42,545 nucleotides of DNA from the IMG/VR virus record IMGVR_UViG_3300037067_027672, positions 1 to 42,545 of that record; one strand, written 5' to 3'. The translations under genes and the position numbers were made by a program. Below, piece after piece: positions 14,936 to 24,115 of the stretch (its first letter is position 1; each line of letters begins with the position of its first letter). The notes beneath the pieces are model-generated. The model saw only the letters and a program-made list of their open reading frames with translations. It did not search any database and was not told the origin of the DNA. The DNA comes from a virus.

Positions 14936-17538
14936 ACCACCATCGCCCTCAATTCGTCTGCGATAATCGCTCTGATGTCATCGGCATAAACTTGGACATC
15001 CAATACGACGGGCATCCTCACGACCAGTCCCTCGATATCTCTCACTAAAAGATCCCAATCGGCTCGGGCCTGGTCTGTCTGGAGAGCTACTGTCATATTG
15101 ACTGGCTCAATAGACATCTCCTCAAAGGTCGAATCGATCTCTTTCAGACCCTCTGCTAACCCTGCTATTTCGGCTTCTATCTCAGTGATATTGGCCCGGA
15201 GAGTATCCAGGTCCAGTGATGAAAGCTCTTTCAACCTGGCTTCGGTGGTTATTCCGACATCCACCACACCGGCTTGGATCTTCAGAGATTCTGCCTTTAC
15301 CACATCCCCAGCAAACTCAGCCTGCTCTAATTCAGTGAGTCCACCGAAAACTTCCGGATGTGCCCGAACCATGTCCATGATCGCGGCCTGTGGATCGCCG
15401 TTAAACTCACCGCCGTATATGCCCCGACGATCTATCTCCTGACCGCTCTCGGTTTTTAGTACGACATCGGAGGATTTGTTTGTCACTTCCATTTCGGCAG
15501 CTATTCCCACGCCACCGACGCTCACGGTGCCAACAATCTCACCGTGGCTGCCCTTCCATTTTGCTCCCCGCTGGTCATAGACCCTGCCTGTGATCGCATC
15601 TATTGACTGTGATATGGGTAGGTCTTTCCAGTAAATAGGATCGGAGACTATATCCCCCAAATCCCTAGCCGCTTCTTCGACCGCCGCTCTGGCTTCCTGG
15701 CTGCTCAAGGCTTCGCCCGGTGCCCTGGGAAGATCAGAATCCTTGATCCCGTCTGCGATCTTCTTACCGGCATCTTTCCCGAGCTTTTCAGCCGCGTTTT
15801 TATCAACCTCCTGGAAGAAGCTGACAATACCGCCCACGGCATCGGTCACCCCGCCTAGACCAGCTTCATCCAGCAATCCGCCTATGGCGCTGGCTGTACC
15901 TGATATGGCCGTGGGAATAGCTTCGGCGAAACCGGCCACCACCGTATCGAATACTTCCAAAGCCTCGTCCTTCAGGTCGGAGACGGCCGATGTGATTCCA
16001 TCCACACGGTCGCTTACAGTCTTGAAGGCGGTGGTGTTTGTAACAATCTCACCGAACTCTTCCCGGAAAGCTTCCACATAGGCCGAACCAGTCTCAAAGG
16101 CAGAGTTAATTGATTGTGATGCCAGGACCAGGCCATCCAGTTGGATGCTGGCCATTGTTCCTATGCCATCTGCGATCAATGAGACCGAGGTGGTCATCGG
16201 AGTGAGAACTGTTGTGAGCGGTTCCCAGAGGTTCTCACCTATGGTTCTAATGTCATTCAGACCGTCGGCAAGCCCTTGGATAACGGGCGTAAAGGCATCC
16301 AGAGCGGGTTGGCCTATGTCAATCAGGATGGTCTCGACGGAGTTTTTCAGCTCTTGGATGGCGGCTTTGGCATTATCCGATCCAGCGGCGAAGGATTCAC
16401 CGATAGATGTGCCCTTTTCGCCCGCTTCGACCGCGCCCTCGATGGCTTCTCTCCACTCCTCCGTATGGCCTACCATTTTGTTGAGCGTGTCCATGCCATA
16501 CGTTCCGCCCAAGGTTTTGGTCGTTTCCATCAGCTTTTCTGATGGCAGGGCTTCCAGTGCGGAGCCTATCCTGAGCAGAGTATCGGTGGGATCGGTAGTC
16601 ATAGCCCGCATGAAATCCTCGGTATTAGTACCGAGGAGTTCAGCGGCTACGGCCTGGCTTTCGGTGTTGGTAGTGAGCTGGTTCAGAAGAGCGTCAAAGC
16701 TTCCCGCGGCTCGTTCTGCTGATGGGAACACGCTGGAGAGCATTCCACCCCATCCAGCGATCTCATAGGCAGAACTTCCCAGGGCTGAAAGAGAACCGGA
16801 CACTCGGGTTGAGAAGTCCAGAACGTCCTTTTCTGTGGCGTTAAAATTGTTGCCTATATAATCGACAGCAGAGCCGAAATTTCGGGCGAACTGAGCCGAA
16901 TCCAAACCATCCAGGCTTTTGAGCTGTCCCTGGACTTTTCCGACAGCAACCGCAGCTTCTTCTGCAGGAATATCGAAAGCTGAGCCCATCTCCAAGGCAA
17001 CCTGGGTGAACCCGGCGATGGAGTCTTTTTCTATACCCAGGCTGCCCGCTGCTTTGGCTACATTTTGGATCTCCGATGCGGTCGTTGGCATCGTGGAATA
17101 GAGATCCTTAAGCTCTGCATTGAGTTGTGAGAAATCGCTTGTGCCCTTTTCAATCCCGGTGGTTTTGCTGATTTGGGCCATCCCTGCTTCCCAGGCTGAG
17201 GAAGCATCCCAGGCAGCTTTGGCGATCACAGCGCTGCCAGCTATGGCAGCAGTAGCTACCAAGCCCGTAGGCCCCAACGCGGTTGCTGCCCCTTCCAGAG
17301 CGGTCCCTAGTGGCCCGAGACCGGCAGTTATGCCAGATACATAGTCAGTGGCAGTTTGTTTCCCGAGCCCGGCCCAATCGACCACTCCGGATACACCGGA
17401 GCCGATTTGCCCTTTAATGCCCTTCTCAATCCCAGATACGGCATCCGTTGCCTGGGTTTTAGCACGGTTCAATGCGGCAGTCAGAGCTGATATATCGCCG
17501 TCTATTACGGCTGTGACTCGTCCAACTTCAACAGTCAT
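14932..17538 (-). CDS. Tail tape measure protein (TP901-family core)
   Basis: MAQISKTTG...MPTTASEIQNVAKAAGSLGI...FTQVALEMGSAFDIPAEEAA core; A/G-rich helical, 868 aa. Confidence 0.92.
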   Translation of the reverse strand: MTVEVGRVTAVIDGDISALTAALNRAKTQATDAVSGIEKGIKGQIGSGVSGVVDWAGLGKQTATDYVSGITAGLGPLGTALEGAATALGPTGLVATAAIAGSAVIAKAAWDASSAWEAGMAQISKTTGIEKGTSDFSQLNAELKDLYSTMPTTASEIQNVAKAAGSLGIEKDSIAGFTQVALEMGSAFDIPAEEAAVAVGKVQGQLKSLDGLDSAQFARNFGSAVDYIGNNFNATEKDVLDFSTRVSGSLSALGSSAYEIAGWGGMLSSVFPSAERAAGSFDALLNQLTTNTESQAVAAELLGTNTEDFMRAMTTDPTDTLLRIGSALEALPSEKLMETTKTLGGTYGMDTLNKMVGHTEEWREAIEGAVEAGEKGTSIGESFAAGSDNAKAAIQELKNSVETILIDIGQPALDAFTPVIQGLADGLNDIRTIGENLWEPLTTVLTPMTTSVSLIADGIGTMASIQLDGLVLASQSINSAFETGSAYVEAFREEFGEIVTNTTAFKTVSDRVDGITSAVSDLKDEALEVFDTVVAGFAEAIPTAISGTASAIGGLLDEAGLGGVTDAVGGIVSFFQEVDKNAAEKLGKDAGKKIADGIKDSDLPRAPGEALSSQEARAAVEEAARDLGDIVSDPIYWKDLPISQSIDAITGRVYDQRGAKWKGSHGEIVGTVSVGGVGIAAEMEVTNKSSDVVLKTESGQEIDRRGIYGGEFNGDPQAAIMDMVRAHPEVFGGLTELEQAEFAGDVVKAESLKIQAGVVDVGITTEARLKELSSLDLDTLRANITEIEAEIAGLAEGLKEIDSTFEEMSIEPVNMTVALQTDQARADWDLLVRDIEGLVVRMPVVLDVQVYADDIRAIIADELRAMVV

Positions 17539-17541
17539 TTC

Positions 17542-18030
17542 TCAGCTCCATGAATTGTAACGTTCGATATAGTCCTCAGAGGGACTGTCGTTATTTTGTT
17601 TGGATGTGCTAAAGAAATCAGAGAACTTTCCGAGGTTTCCATTGAAAGCTAAAGCGATCGCCGCTCCAGCGCAATAGCCGATAAACGCCGATTTCTCGCG
17701 TTCCCATGCTCTTTGTTCTATATGATGCGAATAAAGTGCTATGAGTTCATTAACAGAAAGAGAATAGAGTTGATCGGGGAGGAGCCCCAGATCTATGTAC
17801 CCGATGCGATGGACTGTTTGCCAGAAAGCTTCAGTTCCTTGATCTTCTGCTGATCTGCTTCCAGCTCCAGCCTGGCTACTTCTAGCTTTGCCTCCTCCTT
17901 CATCTGGTTGATCTTCATGGCTTCCTCGTTCCGGGCGATGTTTTCCAACCAGATGGAGATAAAAGAAGGGTCGTTCTTCTCTAAATAAGCCATATATACG
18001 GCCTTTTGGAGTTCTTCCAGTGCCCCTCCT
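17542..18030 (-). CDS. Start-less -1 frame encoding the tail chaperone extension (gpGT-like)
   Basis: Frame is open from 18030 to TGA at 17542-17544 with no ATG/GTG/TTG; the distal part reads AFWQTVHRIGYIDLGLLPDQLYSLSVNELIALY...SWS*. Confidence 0.7.
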   Translation of the reverse strand, partial: RRGTGRTPKGRIYGLFREERPFFYLHLVGKHRPERGSHEDQPDEGGGKARSSQAGAGSRSAEDQGTEAFWQTVHRIGYIDLGLLPDQLYSLSVNELIALYSHHIEQRAWEREKSAFIGYCAGAAIALAFNGNLGKFSDFFSTSKQNNDSPSEDYIERYNSWS

Positions 18031-18302
18031 TCATCGAGGTATTGATCAACAGCCTGGCTGGCTTCGGACGGTTCGCCTTTCTTGCCTTCCACCCCGCTCA
18101 GGCCGGTCGAAGCAGCCACAGCAGCCTCAAGGATCTCGGAGACTTTGAGGTACTTTGTGAGAATGGCACCAGTCGAATAATTATCAAGCCGAATATCCAT
18201 CTTCTTCAGTATAGATCTTGCCCGAGCTTCGAAGGTTCGCATAGCTCCGAAGGTCCACTTTATCTCCTTATCCCCTATCATAATATTATTAATATCTTCC
18301 AT
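17793..18302 (-). CDS. Tail assembly chaperone (gpG-like)
   Basis: Lies between tail tube and tape measure; IKWTFGAMRTFE N-terminus; C-terminal coiled coil. Confidence 0.8.
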   Translation of the reverse strand: MEDINNIMIGDKEIKWTFGAMRTFEARARSILKKMDIRLDNYSTGAILTKYLKVSEILEAAVAASTGLSGVEGKKGEPSEASQAVDQYLDEGGALEELQKAVYMAYLEKNDPSFISIWLENIARNEEAMKINQMKEEAKLEVARLELEADQQKIKELKLSGKQSIASGT

Positions 18303-18308
18303 GCGTTA

Positions 18309-19229
18309 TCACTCTATATACAGTTCGCCAACACCGCGCACAGTTATGCTAGTTTTCTGTACGTCGGTCATGCTGACTAGCAGATTGTCCATATTCTGCA
18401 CAATGCCCTTCCCAATAGCAAATGGGGTTTGGTTGGATAGCACAGCATAAAATTTCCAGATATATTTCGTGGTCAGAGCTTCGATGGGAAGTTTCCCGTC
18501 ATAGTAATAGAATCCCGAAGTTATTTCGAAACGCCTGATGCCTTGGGTTGTGCTTCCCCAACCGTCATCATCCACCGAGCTAGAATCAATATCCGTACCT
18601 ATTATCCTCAGCTTGCCATCAAAGACACCGAGGATCTTCTGGAAAGCTAGCTCACTTCTTCGGGTTCCTACGACGGATATCGTGTGTCCTTCCATCGAGC
18701 TGTCAAAAACCACCATGCCCCGAAGGAAGCTCACCTTAAAACCTGAAGTTACGGCCGTACCATCAGATTTCACCACCAGCGTCTTGGTGTCATCCCAATA
18801 GCGCAAGCCAACCGGTGCTTGATACTTCCGATGGTCACCCAAGTCGTCCAGAGTCAGGCTAGTGAAAGCTATGCCATCAGCAGCGGTCATTTCTGCCAGG
18901 GCTCCAGTTATACCGTCTCCCTTAGAGCCCGGCGGCAACCTGGCTGTGAATAGAGCTGATGCCTGTGGATGTCCATTAACAGCTTGGATTATATCCGCCG
19001 CGGTGCTCCTTGGTTCACCATCTTCATTAGCACTGGCGATGGTTAGTTTTGTGCCTGAGACATCTAGCGAGAGAGGAGCGGTGGTTGAGCCCACCACGAT
19101 CTCAACCTTGGTTCCGCCCTTGCTCACAAAACAAATATCCCTGGCAGAACCAAGCGCCGGAGTTACGATATAGTCCGCGGTCTCATCACGAAAAAGAGCA
19201 GCTGAAAGGCCGCTCACTGCATTGGTCAT
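18309..19229 (-). CDS. Second tail-tube paralog with a large inserted domain
   Basis: Shares MTNA(V/I)SG and IDxSxVDDDGWGS with 19238-19663; ~180-aa insertion after the first strand. Confidence 0.75.
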   Translation of the reverse strand: MTNAVSGLSAALFRDETADYIVTPALGSARDICFVSKGGTKVEIVVGSTTAPLSLDVSGTKLTIASANEDGEPRSTAADIIQAVNGHPQASALFTARLPPGSKGDGITGALAEMTAADGIAFTSLTLDDLGDHRKYQAPVGLRYWDDTKTLVVKSDGTAVTSGFKVSFLRGMVVFDSSMEGHTISVVGTRRSELAFQKILGVFDGKLRIIGTDIDSSSVDDDGWGSTTQGIRRFEITSGFYYYDGKLPIEALTTKYIWKFYAVLSNQTPFAIGKGIVQNMDNLLVSMTDVQKTSITVRGVGELYIE

Positions 19230-19237
19230 GGTTCACC

Positions 19238-19663
19238 TCAGTCTATTTTGCTCATAGCCCCGCTACCCTTGATTACCCAATCCGCCGTCTGCTGCGAAGT
19301 CGTGCTGGCCAATAGCAGATCCGAGCTTTGCACTGTCGCTTTGCCTTGGAATCCCTTGGGGTTTGTGGTGGGAGTGCCTTGGGACAGGGCCTTGACATAA
19401 ATGCTATCGCCTGAGATTATGGCATCTATGATGATACTGTATGCTTGATCTGTTATGATCAGGTTGTTCTTGGCGCTAATTTCCCATCCGCGCTTCCCGG
19501 CTATCTCCGATCCCCATCCATCATCATCCACATTAGATGTATCAATAGGATCTCCGGACAATTTGAGTCTCAGTTCGGAAAGTTCAGCCAGCTTTACATA
19601 ATTCCCCTCCGATGTCTCTGAAATCCAGAGGGTGCCTTTCATTCCGCTGATTGCGTTAGTCAT
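19238..19663 (-). CDS. Major tail tube protein
   Basis: Tube fold pattern IDTSNVDDDGWGSEIAGKRGWEISA...FQGKATV...IKGSGAM. Confidence 0.85.
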   Translation of the reverse strand: MTNAISGMKGTLWISETSEGNYVKLAELSELRLKLSGDPIDTSNVDDDGWGSEIAGKRGWEISAKNNLIITDQAYSIIIDAIISGDSIYVKALSQGTPTTNPKGFQGKATVQSSDLLLASTTSQQTADWVIKGSGAMSKID

Positions 19664-19768
19664 TTCATACCTCCGAGTAAAAGGTTGCAGTATCAGAAAA
19701 TATTTAATAAAAATGTATAGATACTAATCTTCTATCCGCTCATCAAGGACTGTCAATGTCTGCCCGCC

Positions 19769-20137
19769 CTAAATTACTTGAAACTCGACTACTATCTTGT
19801 GTCGCCCATCATCCAGCTCCCCCAGATAGATAGGAGAAGAACGGGCGGCCCAAATAGCCTGTCGGATTACTCCTTTCAGATTATTGTAATGGTTATGGAT
19901 ATTGTTGGCTTTCGACCATGCAGCCGAAAGATCGGAGTTTATCACGTAAACCTGAACCCCCGGCTGATCTGTGGCACTATCTACCGATAGGATAGGAAGC
20001 CGCCCGCCTGCTGGGATCACTATCAGCTGAGCGTCAGGCTCGGGCCGGATGTGCATGGCAAAGAGATCTATCCCCGAAGCCGTAACGAATTTATTGGATA
20101 CTAGCGAATTCATCATCTCGGTGACGATATCGGCCAT
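19769..20137 (-). CDS. Tail terminator/minor capsid-family protein
   Basis: DQPGVQVYV...AWSKANNIHN...SSPIYLGELDDGRHKIVVEF pattern; position. Confidence 0.75.
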   Translation of the reverse strand: MADIVTEMMNSLVSNKFVTASGIDLFAMHIRPEPDAQLIVIPAGGRLPILSVDSATDQPGVQVYVINSDLSAAWSKANNIHNHYNNLKGVIRQAIWAARSSPIYLGELDDGRHKIVVEFQVI

Positions 20138-20478
20138 TACAAAACCTTCCTCAAACGATCCCCCACTCTTTCAGGCAGCATAGGCAACCGCCAGTTAAAG
20201 GCGTTTTCAAGCCATTTGGCCTGACCCGTCGGATGATCCAGGGTCAGATCTTCATGCTGTCTGACTGTATAGGGCACAGACGGTCCGCCGAATCCAATTT
20301 CTATTGTCTTGCCTTCTCGGACGACTGACCCAGTCCCCCTCATAGTCCCCGAATCGACCGGGCAATTCTCCTGGGAGAGTGGCAGGACATCCGCCCGCGC
20401 CCATTCTTCAGCTCCGTTTAAGGCGTTCTCCTCAACCTGCCTGAGAATAGCATCCGCCCGCCAGACTACTTTAGGCAT
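20137..20478 (-). CDS. HK97 gp10-like neck protein
   Basis: CPVDSGTMRGT...IEIGFG...YTVRQHE...GQAKWLENA. Confidence 0.85.
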   Translation of the reverse strand: MPKVVWRADAILRQVEENALNGAEEWARADVLPLSQENCPVDSGTMRGTGSVVREGKTIEIGFGGPSVPYTVRQHEDLTLDHPTGQAKWLENAFNWRLPMLPERVGDRLRKVL

Positions 20479-20791
20479 AAATCACCCTAGCATAGATCTC
20501 TGAAGGCTCTTCTATATCGTATTCTGTGCTAACGTCCAAGACCACAAGGATTTCTCCATCGAACTCCACTTTATCCCTGGCAGATACTGCAACAGATTTA
20601 TCGAGATGTATCTGCAAGGAAGATACGAAGCTATCGCCGCCCTTTCTCTTAACTTCTATTTTGCGATGGCATACAGCGCACGGATAAGAAGCCCCATCCC
20701 CATATTGGTCCCCCCAACCATTATTGGATTGATAGGGATAGATGGTCACGGTCTGGGCCATTTCGTCCTTGAAGTCATCGATCAAAGACAT
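20471..20791 (-). CDS. Head closure/adaptor protein (SPP1 gp16-like)
   Basis: QTVTIY...NGWG...YPCAV...VSARDKVEFDG pattern; position. Confidence 0.75.
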   Translation of the reverse strand: MSLIDDFKDEMAQTVTIYPYQSNNGWGDQYGDGASYPCAVCHRKIEVKRKGGDSFVSSLQIHLDKSVAVSARDKVEFDGEILVVLDVSTEYDIEEPSEIYARVIYA

Positions 20792-20797
20792 TAAATA

Positions 20798-21079
20798 TCA
20801 CTTAAACATTATATTATTGAGTAATAATCCTATTGCAGCTATAGCCAGGATTGCCCACTCACGAACTGTAAGATATGCTATACTTTTTCCTTTGGAACTG
20901 TGAACAAATACACTGAGCGTCTTGATCTCTTGCTGGATGCCTTTCAACGATTCCTTGATATCGGGGAGGCTGGAGGCACAAACCTCCAGCGATGATACCT
21001 TCCCGTAGAGCTGGTTGATGTCTTCTTCGTGGCGCTTGGAATCGGATTCAAGCACACATACCCTGGCATGAAGATCCAC
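20798..21079 (-). CDS. XhlA-like coiled-coil + C-terminal TM protein (holin-like)
   Basis: ARVCVLESDSKRHEEDINQL coiled coil and a single C-terminal TM helix. Confidence 0.55.
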   Translation of the reverse strand: MDLHARVCVLESDSKRHEEDINQLYGKVSSLEVCASSLPDIKESLKGIQQEIKTLSVFVHSSKGKSIAYLTVREWAILAIAAIGLLLNNIMFK

Positions 21080-21101
21080 TGACAGATCACCTGGAATGGA
21101 C

Positions 21102-21299
21102 TCAGATCTTAGCAGGAGTATCGGTCAGCTTCCGGAGAATACCGAAAACGGCACCGCATGCCATCAGGATGATAGATCCTTCCAGGCCGATATACCCCCC
21201 TATATAATCAGCCGCTGCAACCTCATCGACAAACTCTAACAGGCCGGTGACGAACACCAGCGTTGCAGCGATGTATGTTCTCCAACCTTTCAAACTCAT
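21102..21299 (-). CDS. Small two-TM holin-like protein
   Basis: MSLKGWRTY N-terminus, two TM helices, basic C-terminus. Confidence 0.55.
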   Translation of the reverse strand: MSLKGWRTYIAATLVFVTGLLEFVDEVAAADYIGGYIGLEGSIILMACGAVFGILRKLTDTPAKI

Positions 21300-21386
21300 T
21301 GCGTTTCACCTCTTATAATCGATCTCATCTATCCCGTAGCGGGAAGCCGTATCATTATGCATAATAAAAAAAGTGTCCGGAGAATT

Positions 21387-21746
21387 TCACTCCGGATAGG
21401 TCTTGATGGCAGCCTGGTCCTTGGATAACCTCATGTATCCAGCCGCTTCCAGCGTGACCTTTGCGCTGTCGCTCAGGCCCTTTATGGCACTTCCGAGTAC
21501 AGCCAGGTTCTTATCGACTTCCTCCACGATTTCATCCAGGGACTTGATGATATCGTGGTCGTCGTCTGGCAGGTATCCGGCCTGGATGTCGGTGGACTGG
21601 AGCTTATTGATCATCGTCTGAAGCTCCTCGATCTCGCCCTTGAGGTAGCCCATCATCCTGGCGTTCTTCTCAACAAACGATTCATATCCACCGACAATAA
21701 CGGTGGACACAAATTTCACATCCGTGTTGATTCTCTCATCTACCAT
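21387..21746 (-). CDS. Hypothetical coiled-coil protein
   Basis: 119-aa helical ORF with a GGAGG RBS. Confidence 0.6.
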   Translation of the reverse strand: MVDERINTDVKFVSTVIVGGYESFVEKNARMMGYLKGEIEELQTMINKLQSTDIQAGYLPDDDHDIIKSLDEIVEEVDKNLAVLGSAIKGLSDSAKVTLEAAGYMRLSKDQAAIKTYPE

Positions 21747-21767
21747 TTCGTTTGCCTCCTAAAATTT

Positions 21768-22124
21768 TCATTTTCCGATCTCGAAGGATTTGGTTTCCTC
21801 TTCACCCTTGTTCAGTTCTCGGATGATAGCCAGCCTCAGGCCATCCGATTTGTTGAACTGTCTATACCACTCCTCCCGAGTGATCCGGCCACCACCGGCG
21901 GTGGCAATCAGAATCTGCTTTGGACCATAGGTCTCTACCAGGGCTTCATAGACCTCCTCGTCTATCTCCAGTTTGAGAATCCCACCGGACCTGGTCCTTT
22001 TCACGCTGCCTTCCTTCAGCAAGTCCAGCACGCTAATGCCAGGTGGCAGATGGGCCATGCCCGTGGGCCACTGCGATTCCGGACCCTCAAAAGGAACGCA
22101 TTCAAGCCAGTCGATATCTCCCAT
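21768..22124 (-). CDS. Hypothetical protein
   Basis: 118-aa ORF with an AGGTGAG RBS in the late operon. Confidence 0.6.
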   Translation of the reverse strand: MGDIDWLECVPFEGPESQWPTGMAHLPPGISVLDLLKEGSVKRTRSGGILKLEIDEEVYEALVETYGPKQILIATAGGGRITREEWYRQFNKSDGLRLAIIRELNKGEEETKSFEIGK

Positions 22125-22136
22125 AGCCTCACCTTT

Positions 22137-22778
22137 TTAATTTGCATCTGAATATAAAAATTTGATAGGATATTTGTCTTCGACTCTTCCGCCCCGGTAA
22201 GTTCCATGGCTGAAATCTCGTTGCTGTATCTTGGCTTGCAGGACTTCGACCAGGGCCTGATAATGCCCCAGCAGGTCAGAATAGTTGATCTGTCGATCTC
22301 CTATCTTCTTGGAGACCTTATGTGCTCCCCTGGCAACCAGGGCTTCAGCACAAGCCAGGGAAGCGGCAAGGGTATCGCCCCCGGAAGCTGCTAAGGAATC
22401 ATAAATCTCTTCATCGCTCAGTAGTGGCCGGTCAGGGTTTTTATCCTGGATCGTTCGGCGCACTTCATTGATAGGAACGACGTATGAGATATCTAGACAA
22501 TGAACCAGAACCGGCTTGCCTAAGTACGAATGAAGCTCTTCCCATTCGACATAGGCCCGGACAATATAGATGCCCTCATCAACCATCTCCCCTTCCAGGG
22601 TTGTATGGACAATGTGCTCAGGAGTTGTATGAGCCACAGCATCCCATACCTCATTTGAGCCGGATGGTGTTATCACACGCATCTCGATCTTGGTGGCATC
22701 TTCCAGGTCGCGCCCGGTATTCAGGATAATCTCATCGCCCACTGATCCCTTAAATATGATCACGAAAAATCGCCTCAC
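22137..22778 (-). CDS. Head-tail connector with an N-terminal BppU-like Ig domain
   Basis: C-terminal VRRTIQD...LLSDEEI...SKKIGDRQINYS adaptor pattern; N-terminal DLEDATKIEMRVITPSG...GEMVDEGIYIVRAYVEW. Confidence 0.65.
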   Translation of the reverse strand: MRRFFVIIFKGSVGDEIILNTGRDLEDATKIEMRVITPSGSNEVWDAVAHTTPEHIVHTTLEGEMVDEGIYIVRAYVEWEELHSYLGKPVLVHCLDISYVVPINEVRRTIQDKNPDRPLLSDEEIYDSLAASGGDTLAASLACAEALVARGAHKVSKKIGDRQINYSDLLGHYQALVEVLQAKIQQRDFSHGTYRGGRVEDKYPIKFLYSDAN

Positions 22779-22825
22779 TGGCAGCCCGAGGTATTATTCT
22801 AGAAATTATATCAGATCGGACGAAT

Positions 22826-23158
22826 TCATGTCAGATCCAGATATATGATGATAAGCTGGTTGTTTGTCTCATCAGCGCCCGCCGCCTTCACCAGCTTTCC
22901 TGCACCGACGGTATATTCCGAAGTCCGGTTCTCCAAGGTCTTGATATCGGCCTTGGTGGACAGGGACAAGACCGCTACCAGCTCATCGCCCAGGGCAATG
23001 CCAGTAACGGTCACGTCGGTCGCAGCTGCCGTACCGTCCGCCAGCGTGGTTTTGAGGAAGCCGCCCGTCAGCTTATCCTTAGTTATGGAATTTTTTCGGA
23101 CATTGCCACCATCTAGCCGTGACCATGTCCTCAAAAACCCTCTTGGATTCATTCCCAT
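22826..23158 (-). CDS. Capsid decoration/head fibre-like protein
   Basis: Directly after the MCP; NSITKDKL trimer-type motif; beta-rich. Confidence 0.5.
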   Translation of the reverse strand: MGMNPRGFLRTWSRLDGGNVRKNSITKDKLTGGFLKTTLADGTAAATDVTVTGIALGDELVAVLSLSTKADIKTLENRTSEYTVGAGKLVKAAGADETNNQLIIIYLDLT

Positions 23159-23167
23159 GGTCGCCCC

Positions 23168-24103
23168 TCAGTTAATGGCTACCTGCACAAAACCAGATGG
23201 ATCGTGGATCTCGAAACCAACCCAGCCGCCGATCTCAGCGTAGCGGTTCTTGCCCTTCTGTCTGGGATAGTCCGCGTCCACATCGTAATCTTGGGCGATT
23301 ACAATCTCACCGGCATTCATGTGCTTTGCTACTACGTAAACCGTATTGGCGGGCATATAGTCGCAGGGAATGAGAAAGTCGGTGGACCCATCGGCCCGGC
23401 CAAATAATCCCGCGATCTCAGAGACATACGTCTCTCTGAACTCGTTCTTGGACCAGAGGTAGTTCAGAGATTCGGGCCGACCCAGAAGGTTGAGCGAGGA
23501 TCTCGGGAACTCGGGATTGACCATGCCGGTTGCCAGCCTCAGATCCTCATAGGGGTCCATCTTTCCGTCTTGTTCAGAGCCATCCCAGGCTCCAGAATTA
23601 TTCTCCTGGTTACCCGAGGCACCAGAGGCCACTATGCTACCCCTGGGATTGGCCTGAGCAGCTCCGACAATGCCAGTGATGTTGTGATTGGCATCTCCAT
23701 TGATGGCCGTATAATTCTCTCTTCTCTGGCATTCCAGCATAGCCACTCTGACATCCAGATCCCATCTGGTTGGATCAATGCTGATCTCCGCTTCATTCAT
23801 TATGACGGCATCGGCGATCCACCAGATAGGATGGATGTCTTCCTTAGCGCCGGTCGTGATCTCATCCGGGATAGTGCCTCCAGCAGAGATCTGAGCCCGA
23901 GATATGCCATCTGGAGCGGCGGCCATATCCACCCTCCGGACCACATCCCGGCGGATGTTTGGATTGTTCAGAGTCCGGACGTATAGAGCGTTCCTGGCTA
24001 TGTAGCCGTCGATGTTCACATTCTGGAATTCCTCAATGGACTTCCTCATGTTGGTAATGATCTCCATAGGGAGACCTGCACCCCAATTTAACTCCCCTAC
24101 CAT
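23168..24103 (-). CDS. Major capsid protein (HK97 fold)
   Basis: 311 aa; position after protease/scaffold and cement genes; ENYTAINGDANHNITGIV...DPYEDLRLA pattern. Confidence 0.85.
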   Translation of the reverse strand: MVGELNWGAGLPMEIITNMRKSIEEFQNVNIDGYIARNALYVRTLNNPNIRRDVVRRVDMAAAPDGISRAQISAGGTIPDEITTGAKEDIHPIWWIADAVIMNEAEISIDPTRWDLDVRVAMLECQRRENYTAINGDANHNITGIVGAAQANPRGSIVASGASGNQENNSGAWDGSEQDGKMDPYEDLRLATGMVNPEFPRSSLNLLGRPESLNYLWSKNEFRETYVSEIAGLFGRADGSTDFLIPCDYMPANTVYVVAKHMNAGEIVIAQDYDVDADYPRQKGKNRYAEIGGWVGFEIHDPSGFVQVAIN

Positions 24104-24115
24104 GAATAAAACACC

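Noticed and set aside
18309-19229. Contractile tail sheath gene
   Set aside because: The protein is framed by tail-tube motifs and is too short, and no baseplate wedge genes are present
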